A DNA stretch of 64,000 bases from an uncultured virus (IMG/VR IMGVR_UViG_3300032116_000047) (Duplodnaviria; Heunggongvirae; Uroviricota; Caudoviricetes), in IMG/VR virus record IMGVR_UViG_3300032116_000047; one strand, 5' to 3'. Below are positions 17,481 through 25,146 of the stretch, in pieces. The notes beneath the pieces are model-generated. The model did not search any database. It was not told where the DNA came from and saw nothing but the letters and a program-made list of their open reading frames with translations. Every line of letters starts with the position of its first letter. Position 1 is the stretch's first letter. Position numbers and translations under genes: made by a program.

Positions 17481-17512
17481 CAAAATTAGTAAAATGTTTT
17501 AAATCTACCAAA
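17481..17512 (-). promoter_or_regulatory. Bacteroidota-type promoter TTTG-N20-TAATTTTG upstream of the array 4 leader
   Basis: Consensus match; region resembles 1222-1310. Confidence 0.7.
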
Positions 17513-17534
17513 TTTTTGTGTAATTTTTTTGATT

Positions 17535-17747
17535 TTATCCACCAAATACGTCAGTTACTATTTGGTCTCTCACTCGGAAATTTAATCTATTGGCTTTGTT
17601 TGTCATATCTAACATCACAGGATTTCCGTCTTTTTCAACTATTCTAACTAAAAAACCTCCCTCATTAGCGTATTTAGTAGCCTCTTCCAATGTTTTTCCA
17701 ACATATTCAGTTTTAGTGATAATTCCACCATTTCTTAACTTATTCAT
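17535..17747 (-). CDS. Small protease-inhibitor-like protein (I78/potato inhibitor I fold)
   Basis: YVGKTLEEA...VRIVEKDGNPVMLDM...NRLNFRV pattern. Confidence 0.55.
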   Translation of the reverse strand: MNKLRNGGIITKTEYVGKTLEEATKYANEGGFLVRIVEKDGNPVMLDMTNKANRLNFRVRDQIVTDVFGG

Positions 17748-17866
17748 AATAATTTTAATTTTTAATATATAGTAAAAATTAATTTCCCTATGACTTCTAC
17801 CAGAAAAGGGTTCTGAAAATCAAACTTTACGATTATCGGAAATCCATGTCATGAAACATCATGATA

Positions 17867-18292
17867 CTATTTAAGTATATCTTTTATTACTTCTGAAACC
17901 ACTTTTTTATCAGCTGGTAATTGAGCAAACTCTTTCATAATTGCTCCAATATTAGTTATACCAGATGTTACTACTTCACTAACTTTTTGGCTAATTTCGT
18001 CTCGACTCATTTGTTTTGGTAGGTAACATTGTAGTATTGCTAATTCAGCGCAAGCTTGAACTATATCTTCGCCTTTACCATCAATTGGTGATAATGATTT
18101 AATGGTCTCATTAAGGGATTTTGCTGTTTTAGTCAAAATCTTCAGAACATCTTCGTCGGATAAATCTTCAACTCCTGTATTTTTCTCTGCAGTTTGAATT
18201 TCTCCTTTCACAACAGAAAGCAAGTTTTTTGCAACAGTATTCTTTGCTTTGAATGCTGTCATGTAATCTTTGTTAATTTGTTCTTTTATCAT
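17867..18292 (-). CDS. GatB/YqeY domain protein
   Basis: EQINKDYMTAFKAK...LQCYLPKQMS...GAIMK motifs. Confidence 0.85.
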   Translation of the reverse strand: MIKEQINKDYMTAFKAKNTVAKNLLSVVKGEIQTAEKNTGVEDLSDEDVLKILTKTAKSLNETIKSLSPIDGKGEDIVQACAELAILQCYLPKQMSRDEISQKVSEVVTSGITNIGAIMKEFAQLPADKKVVSEVIKDILK

Positions 18293-18315
18293 TGTTTAAA
18301 ATTTTACAATTAAAT

Positions 18316-18464
18316 AAAGAGAGTTTTGGAACGCCTGTCAAGTATGGTCGAAACCCTAGAACCTTAAACTTAACTTTTAGTGACCTCATCACTTAGGATT
18401 GCCTTTTAATATGCTCATCGCCTCGGTTGAGCAGTGTTACCATTCTGCTCTTAAATCTCTCTTT
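18316..18464 (-). ncRNA. Putative structured RNA upstream of the yqeY-like gene
   Basis: GC-richer non-coding island closed by aaagagag/ctctcttt, with an internal hairpin gagcag...ctgctc. Confidence 0.4.
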
Positions 18465-18772
18465 GTGTTGTTTGTTTTTTCTAATAATTACAGATATATC
18501 CATCCAACACAAATTTACACATCTACACTCTTGTATATTATCATATAGTATATAATACAAGGTGGTTCACTGATTTTTAGTAAGAGTGTTAATTTATTTG
18601 TCAGCTACTTACCACCATAATTACACTAAGACTCACAAAATAAATTTACATATTCAGAGATTATTGAAGTTTTCACTTGTTTCATATCTGTATAGAAACT
18701 ATTGTCTTAATGTCTTTAACAAAACAAAGATATAAATAAGTTTTTAATAAACAAACTTTAATATATACAAAT

Positions 18773-20410
18773 ATGAAATATTTGAAATTTTACGAAGCAT
18801 TCAAAGCAAAAGGTATATCAAATACCATTAAATTTCTTAAAACCAAAGTAGGTAAGAACTCCTCTAATGCGTTTATAGAATCTATTAGAAATTTTATGTT
18901 AAATTTAGACTATCCAATCAATCAGATTTCAGATGATAACATCAAATATATGAGTGCAAAAAAGGCTTTATCACTTAAACCAGATAAAACGGTCACTAAT
19001 CAAAATGGAATATGGGTGTTAAAATATTGGTTTTCAATAAAAGATGGTTATTTAGGATATTCAGCTACCGGAAATGAAATAAAAGATTCATTTCAACAAT
19101 CTGATGGAACGCACTCCGGTTTAAGAGAACAAAGAAGATTTTCAGACTCTGACTTAGATTATATCAAAGATAATGTTACAAGAACTGGTGAAATCTGGCC
19201 AGTAAGTGATTATAAAAAACTAAAAACTGGAGATATTGTTTTGGGGTGTTTTGATGGTTCATATCATCAAGAGAAGCTTACTTTAGCTAAAATTTATATT
19301 GACTTATTAGATAATAGGAGAACTTATGCAATTCAAGGTAAAAGTTCTGGTTCTGCGCCTGACAATCCTGAATGGAGAAGCTATCAACATTATGGTAGAT
19401 TATCTTGGTGGTTATATGATAGCGGTGAATTAGGAAGTGATCATTCCCGTCTACATCATTGGAGACCATCTGATACAGAGCTTAGTTATATAGAACCACC
19501 GGTAGAAGTTGAAGAAGAAAAAGATGATCAAGAAGAAAAAGAAGAAGATCCACTAACTTATAATTTACCTTTAAGTAATAGATATGCTTTTAGTAATTGG
19601 GGTAGAGGAAGTTCAATTTCAAAGAGTAATATCGAGAAAGCAGACTTTGCTCTTGTGCTATACTTTGATGACTTAGTGAATCCAGAGGCTGATGCTATAC
19701 ACTATGAGAGACCATCAGATACAAAACAACAAAGAAGACAAGAAAAGGAAGGGGCAACTAAATTAATGTCAGATGACCAAATTAAAAAAATGAATATAGA
19801 AAGATATATTCAGAAATTAGTTGTTTCTTTAAATATAACAGAAACCGAGTTTTTTAATTTAGAAAAAATCGTAAGTAAACATTTATGTAAAGAATTTAGT
19901 TATATTTCTATATTTTATCAAAGACCAGATTGGTCTGACTTAACTGATTTTACTGAGTACCTTTACAAGGTTATTGATAGTTATGATGATAAATCTTACT
20001 ATTTAGATAAAGTAAAAGATATTTATAAAAGAAGAACCGAGAATTATTATAATCAATTCTTAAAGTATCAAACAAATAAAACTTTCATAAAAGGTGATGG
20101 TCAATTAAAAAAGTTTTTTGATGAACTGTTTAAGTTAGGAAGTGAAATTAATACAACATTCACTAAAAAAGAATTGAGCACAATTGATGATCTTTGGTTA
20201 ACTGGTAAAAAGATTCGATCTTTATATGAATATATTAAAATGAGTAGAAATAATTTTAACTACCAAGTGAGAGAAGTAATGGGTGGATTTAGATACACAG
20301 ATGAAATGGAACACTATTTTACACAGTATGAAAATCAATATACGGAAGAAAACTATAAACAGGATTTAGAAAAAATAAACAGAATTAGAGTTTTCATGAA
20401 AACTTTATAA
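18773..20410 (+). CDS. Hypothetical protein (MKYLKFYEAF start)
   Basis: 545 aa ORF after TAATATATA. Confidence 0.7.
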   Translation: MKYLKFYEAFKAKGISNTIKFLKTKVGKNSSNAFIESIRNFMLNLDYPINQISDDNIKYMSAKKALSLKPDKTVTNQNGIWVLKYWFSIKDGYLGYSATGNEIKDSFQQSDGTHSGLREQRRFSDSDLDYIKDNVTRTGEIWPVSDYKKLKTGDIVLGCFDGSYHQEKLTLAKIYIDLLDNRRTYAIQGKSSGSAPDNPEWRSYQHYGRLSWWLYDSGELGSDHSRLHHWRPSDTELSYIEPPVEVEEEKDDQEEKEEDPLTYNLPLSNRYAFSNWGRGSSISKSNIEKADFALVLYFDDLVNPEADAIHYERPSDTKQQRRQEKEGATKLMSDDQIKKMNIERYIQKLVVSLNITETEFFNLEKIVSKHLCKEFSYISIFYQRPDWSDLTDFTEYLYKVIDSYDDKSYYLDKVKDIYKRRTENYYNQFLKYQTNKTFIKGDGQLKKFFDELFKLGSEINTTFTKKELSTIDDLWLTGKKIRSLYEYIKMSRNNFNYQVREVMGGFRYTDEMEHYFTQYENQYTEENYKQDLEKINRIRVFMKTL

Positions 20411-20413
20411 TTT

Positions 20414-20848
20414 TCATAAACCTCGTTGTATTTCTCTTTTTATATCTCTTTCTTTGATAGATTGTCTTTTATCATAAAGCTTCTTACCCTTTACAACTCC
20501 AATTTTAACTTTTAACTTATTGTTTTTAACAAAGACCGAAAGTGGAACACAAGTTACACCTTTGTCCTCCATCATTCGAGATATTTTAACAATTTGAATT
20601 TTTGTAAGTAGTAATTTTTTTTCTCTACTTTCGTCATGTTTTTCAGAAAGATGTGTTTGTTTATATCTACTTACTTTAAAGTTCTTAATCCAGACTTCAC
20701 CAGATTTTAAATAAATAAAAGAATCAGTTAAGGTAACATTACCCATTCTAATTGATTTAACTTCTGAACCTATAAGCACAATTCCAGCTTCAAATTCTTC
20801 AAGAATATGATACTCAAAATACGCTTTTCTATTATTCACTATACTCAT
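20414..20848 (-). CDS. smpB: SsrA-binding protein SmpB
   Basis: NRKAYFEY...EAGIVLIGSEVKSIR...GKKLYDKR motifs. Confidence 0.95.
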   Translation of the reverse strand: MSIVNNRKAYFEYHILEEFEAGIVLIGSEVKSIRMGNVTLTDSFIYLKSGEVWIKNFKVSRYKQTHLSEKHDESREKKLLLTKIQIVKISRMMEDKGVTCVPLSVFVKNNKLKVKIGVVKGKKLYDKRQSIKERDIKREIQRGL

Positions 20849-20861
20849 ATAACAAATATAA

Positions 20862-21416
20862 TTAAATTTCTACACTTTGTTTAGTATTATAAAGAATATA
20901 ATTACCTTCACCACCATCTCTGTTCTTTATAACTCTGGCTATCTGACCTTTTAGCACAACAACCAAATCAGACATATAAATTGGTTGATCACCTCCAATA
21001 AAACTTCCCATACCATCTGTGTGAACGCTTCTGCCTATGGATTTATACACTGGTGAAGTTACAATTATTTTATATTGAGGTTCTCCTTCTACCCATATTC
21101 TTTCTCTTAATTTTTCGAGAACATTTCTAATAAAACCAACTCTATTAAAAACTTTAGATGGGTCATATGATGTCGGAAGGATATTATTTAAGTCTAAAAG
21201 AATATAATCAAACTTTTTACCACTATCTAAAATATGGTTTAATTTCTCATTTCTTAAAAATGACTTAAAAGAAAAAGACGAATCAATTTCTTTAATCTCA
21301 ACATAGTTAAAATTAGAAATCAATTCGTCTTTAATTCTTTCATCCTGAAAGGTGTAACCAATAAGTGTAAGTGGTGATTTTTCAATCAAACTACACAGGT
21401 CTTCTTTAGAATTCAT
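20862..21416 (-). CDS. Hypothetical protein with a DnaB/RecA-like C-terminal segment
   Basis: MSDLVVVL...ARVIKNRDG; no intact Walker A seen. Confidence 0.45.
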   Translation of the reverse strand: MNSKEDLCSLIEKSPLTLIGYTFQDERIKDELISNFNYVEIKEIDSSFSFKSFLRNEKLNHILDSGKKFDYILLDLNNILPTSYDPSKVFNRVGFIRNVLEKLRERIWVEGEPQYKIIVTSPVYKSIGRSVHTDGMGSFIGGDQPIYMSDLVVVLKGQIARVIKNRDGGEGNYILYNTKQSVEI

Positions 21417-21419
21417 TTA

Positions 21420-21761
21420 TTAAAGATATTTGTTAATGAATGTCTTTAATTTTTCTCTATCAACATTACCAACAAGTTTTAGAGTATTTCCTTCTTCATC
21501 AGTGAGAAGAGTTCCATTTTTGTAGAATAGCAGTGTTGGTATATTTCTAACACCTAATTCTTTAACTAACTCCATATTATCATCAGCATTTAGTTTTCCC
21601 ACAGACAATTTACCTACATATTCAGAAGAAACCTCATCTATGATAGGTGCGATAAGTTTACAAGGCCCACACCACGGAGCCCATACGTCAACTAATGAAA
21701 ATTCATTTTGAGTAAAAATAGTGTAATTCTCACTGTTTAGTTCTGTAATATATGCTACCAT
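21420..21761 (-). CDS. trxA: Thioredoxin
   Basis: WAPWCGPCK active site. Confidence 0.95.
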   Translation of the reverse strand: MVAYITELNSENYTIFTQNEFSLVDVWAPWCGPCKLIAPIIDEVSSEYVGKLSVGKLNADDNMELVKELGVRNIPTLLFYKNGTLLTDEEGNTLKLVGNVDREKLKTFINKYL

Positions 21762-21800
21762 TATTTTTAATTTATTTTTTGTTTGTTATTTATTAAATTA

Positions 21801-23090
21801 CTAGAGCCACCAGTCTGGATTGTTTATGGGTGATTCTTCTTTTATTTCGGTTTTTCCTAAAACTTTATTTACCTTACCTCTCGTATCATTAACAATTTGT
21901 TTTCTAACTGATAATTCAAGTAAGAATAAATCTTGTTCATCTAATTCTTTTTGAGATATTTTATGTTTTTCTAAAATAGAAATAGCCACAATTGGATCTT
22001 CTTCATATTTTTCTAAAATCCATTTAACCAATTCAATTTGTTCTGATAATTTTTTACCCTTAAGATTCTCAATTGAATTGGGTGCGTATTTTCCCAATCG
22101 ACTAATCAAATCTAAATCTTCCGTAGTTGGTAAACAATCAATATATGATTTGTCAGTAAAGAAGAAATAAAGTTTAGACCATAGTTCTGGTAGGTTGTCT
22201 TTACTATAAATATTTCTCATATAAAACAAAAACTCTAAAGAGTTATAAATCTTTCTGATATTCTCATCATTGAATACTTCACTACCATAAACAAAATTTA
22301 TATTTTCATCTATTTCTTTATTTTCAATAATAGGAGATAAGTAGTAAAGATTTACTTCTTCATTAAAATGAACTCTTACATATTCTTCTGCTTGATGATC
22401 TCTCTTAATAATAAAGTAATCTTTCAAATCGTCAATATTTTCATTAAACATCGAATGATATCTATCTCTGAATTTAGATTTAATGATATCATTGAATCTA
22501 AATTCTAATGCATGTCTCAATAAGTCTAACTCAAATTTATCTAATTTACAATTTAGGTCCTTTTTCTTTTTGACAATTCTAATTGCAGTGTGTGAAGGAG
22601 TCATTAAATTACAAACTTTCAAATCACCGGTTTTTAAGAATTCTTCAAACTCAGGTGTCCAATAAACTTTGTCTTCTTCAATAGAATATCCTACTTTAGT
22701 TGAGTTAATATCAAAAGACCTTAGAATTAAATCAGTATCATTTTTGTTAGATTTATACTTAACACGATTGAACATTCCTTCATGTTCAGAACTTTCTATT
22801 GTATAAAAGTCTTTATTAATCGAAGAATATCTCATTCCGTTATAGTCTTCCCAAAATCTACTTTCTTTTTCTTGATATCGGAAAAGAGATTTTTTATCAT
22901 TTGGATCGATCTCGGATATAATACCATCAAAAATAAAAACATCAACATCATTAACAATGGCTTTTTTACCAGATACTAATTCCCAAACTAAATTAGCAAT
23001 TGATCCACCAGCAACAAAACCTTTATCAGGCAATCCCCAATTAGTTTTAATTCTTTCTACTGCGGTTCTTACAAGACTATCAATGTTCAT
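21801..23090 (-). CDS. Nucleotidyltransferase (CCA-adding/poly(A) polymerase head-domain-like)
   Basis: FVAGGS...NDVDVF catalytic motif; RSFDINS resembles RDFTIN. Confidence 0.65.
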   Translation of the reverse strand: MNIDSLVRTAVERIKTNWGLPDKGFVAGGSIANLVWELVSGKKAIVNDVDVFIFDGIISEIDPNDKKSLFRYQEKESRFWEDYNGMRYSSINKDFYTIESSEHEGMFNRVKYKSNKNDTDLILRSFDINSTKVGYSIEEDKVYWTPEFEEFLKTGDLKVCNLMTPSHTAIRIVKKKKDLNCKLDKFELDLLRHALEFRFNDIIKSKFRDRYHSMFNENIDDLKDYFIIKRDHQAEEYVRVHFNEEVNLYYLSPIIENKEIDENINFVYGSEVFNDENIRKIYNSLEFLFYMRNIYSKDNLPELWSKLYFFFTDKSYIDCLPTTEDLDLISRLGKYAPNSIENLKGKKLSEQIELVKWILEKYEEDPIVAISILEKHKISQKELDEQDLFLLELSVRKQIVNDTRGKVNKVLGKTEIKEESPINNPDWWL

Positions 23091-23095
23091 ATTTT

Positions 23096-23662
23096 TTATT
23101 TTAAAATTTCATCAACTACTCCGAGCTCCAAAGCTTCTTTAGAAGACATATACCAGTCTTTTTTATTTTCTAAAATTTCTTTTAGTTTCTTTTTTGCAAT
23201 TTTTGTTTTTTCTTGAGTATAATCTTCAATTTGTTTTTGAAGTCTTTTAGTCTCTTCTAATTTTTCTTCCATATCTTGAACTTTACCCCAGAAACCGGTT
23301 GAAACTTGGTGATACAAAGGTGTGGACATTTTATGAGCAAAACGCTTATGACCAGAAATTAAAAGTAGAAACCCACAACTCATAGCACATCCAGTAACTA
23401 TTGTGTGTATTGGAGTTTTACTTCTTTCAATAACAGAAAGTAATCCAAAACATTGATAAACAGCTCCCCCATAAGAGTCGATGTAAATATTAATTGGTTC
23501 TGGTTTATATTCTAATCCAAAGATAGAATATACTTTTTTCAAGTGTTCATCATCTCCGTTAATCTCAATAATTTTTTGAGTTAATTCTCCGATAGAAGCT
23601 TGGTCTACTTGTTTTGTAAAAAATAAATCTCGTTTTTTTGGTAATGGTAAATGGTCTGCCAT
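23096..23662 (-). CDS. clpP: ClpP-like protease subunit
   Basis: IYIDSYGG, GCAMSCG (Ser), LYHQ (His), DWYMSSKEALELGVVD. Confidence 0.9.
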   Translation of the reverse strand: MADHLPLPKKRDLFFTKQVDQASIGELTQKIIEINGDDEHLKKVYSIFGLEYKPEPINIYIDSYGGAVYQCFGLLSVIERSKTPIHTIVTGCAMSCGFLLLISGHKRFAHKMSTPLYHQVSTGFWGKVQDMEEKLEETKRLQKQIEDYTQEKTKIAKKKLKEILENKKDWYMSSKEALELGVVDEILK

Positions 23663-23687
23663 TTTTATAAATTTTATAGGTTAATAA

Positions 23688-24287
23688 TTACATATACATT
23701 TCATCAATATCATCAAATTCTTTCTTACTTTGAGAAATAAGAATGTGTCTTCCGTTTCTAATTTGTGATTTGATTGTTGAGAGGTTTTTGCCTAATTGGT
23801 CAGCAATATCTTTATATGCCATTTTTTGTATTTCTCTCATTTCTATGACTGTTTTATATGGTTCTTTAAGACTAGTCATGTGTTTTTTCATAATCTCTGC
23901 TTTTCTATCAGAAACATCCTGGATATGTAAATCCGACTCTTCTTCTGTTATAAAGTCTTTCATCGTGGTTCCTTCTTCATCAAATTCAATATCTAATGAT
24001 ATTGTCTTTTTTTCATTTTTGATATCCTGAAGAGTAAGATTTTTAGCTATTGTAAATAACCAAGTTGAAAACTGAGATTTCTCACTATCATATTTTTCTA
24101 TTTTATCGAGTGCTATCATAAAAGAGTCTGTCGATAAATCCTCTGCTTTCTGAGGGTCATTACAAATACGATTAGTAAAGTAGATTAGTTTGGGATAATA
24201 CTTCGAATAAAGTTGAGTAAATTCTTTCCCTGTTTTTTCTCTGAATAGTTGTTCCTGTTCAGAAAATGATTTCATTTTTGATTCCAT
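23688..24287 (-). CDS. ECF-type RNA polymerase sigma factor
   Basis: AEDL...FSTWLFTIAKN (region 2); YKDIADQLGKNLSTIKSQIRNGR (region 4). Confidence 0.92.
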   Translation of the reverse strand: MESKMKSFSEQEQLFREKTGKEFTQLYSKYYPKLIYFTNRICNDPQKAEDLSTDSFMIALDKIEKYDSEKSQFSTWLFTIAKNLTLQDIKNEKKTISLDIEFDEEGTTMKDFITEEESDLHIQDVSDRKAEIMKKHMTSLKEPYKTVIEMREIQKMAYKDIADQLGKNLSTIKSQIRNGRHILISQSKKEFDDIDEMYM

Positions 24288-24393
24288 AATTGCCGTTTAT
24301 TTTTTATTTGACCATTGACCGTCATCGCCTTTTATTTGCCGTTTATATTATAATTATACTGTATATATCCTAAAAGTTTAGTTCTTTTTTAAA

Positions 24394-24897
24394 TTAATTA
24401 TCAAAAAAGAAACAACATCTTACATTAAGAGGATCATTATCAATCTCTTTCATTTTTTCTAAAGTTTCCATAAAATCCTCAATGTATTCTGAATCATACT
24501 CAGACCAATGCACATTTAACAACTCCTCTAAAGTAAAGTAAGAGTGTGAGTGAGCATCACTATCCCATAAATTACATATATAAAGATATCCAGCTGAAGC
24601 ATCATCAGGAATACCTTTAGGATAATTAATCGGTTCTACACCACTACCATTTCTTACATCAGCTAAGATACCAAAAAGATAGTAATTTCTACCACCATAA
24701 TACTCTGAGTTCCATGGAACACCCCAACTACCATCACTAAATACCCATTTATCAGCAGATACCCATCTAAATTTAGTTGGAACATCTTCTAATACTTCAC
24801 TTAATTTTTGTTCTCTATCTTCAGATAGGTCTTTTGGTCCATCATAGTTATTTGATGAAGTCCATTTTTCTACATATAGGTGAATATCACAGCCCAT
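24394..24897 (-). CDS. Phage hypothetical protein (MGCDIH start)
   Basis: MGCDIH, GRNYYLFGILADVRN and DAHSHS motifs. Confidence 0.7.
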   Translation of the reverse strand: MGCDIHLYVEKWTSSNNYDGPKDLSEDREQKLSEVLEDVPTKFRWVSADKWVFSDGSWGVPWNSEYYGGRNYYLFGILADVRNGSGVEPINYPKGIPDDASAGYLYICNLWDSDAHSHSYFTLEELLNVHWSEYDSEYIEDFMETLEKMKEIDNDPLNVRCCFFFDN

Positions 24898-24898
24898 A

Positions 24899-25114
24899 TT
24901 ATTTATTTTTATAGTAATTTAACATATCTTGATATTTTTCATATTTTCTATCTAAATGAGTGATTGTTTCATTATACAACCAATCTAAAATTTTAATTAT
25001 TTGTCTATTACCTCTTAGATAAACCAAATATATCGACTTCATTTTTCTAAATCTAATATTAACATCATTTTTAGAAAGTATCAATTGTAAAGTCTTCAAT
25101 AATATTTCTGACAT
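24899..25114 (-). pseudogene. C-terminal remnant of a LAGLIDADG-type homing endonuclease
   Basis: GNRQIIKILDWLY...LDRKYEKY resembles phage LAGLIDADG C-termini; the N-terminal motif is absent. Confidence 0.45.
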
Positions 25115-25146
25115 AATCTAATTCTATTTCACCTAAGGTTTTCATA

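Noticed and set aside
17060..17772. Plus-strand ORFs 17060..17260, 17405..17647 and 17590..17772
   Set aside because: They are antisense to tRNAs, the leader promoter or the 17535..17747 gene.
18316..18464. Twister or hammerhead ribozyme, or a known riboswitch
   Set aside because: TAACACTGC and GTGATGAG resemble fragments of ribozyme cores, but the other conserved elements are missing; kept only as an unassigned structured RNA.
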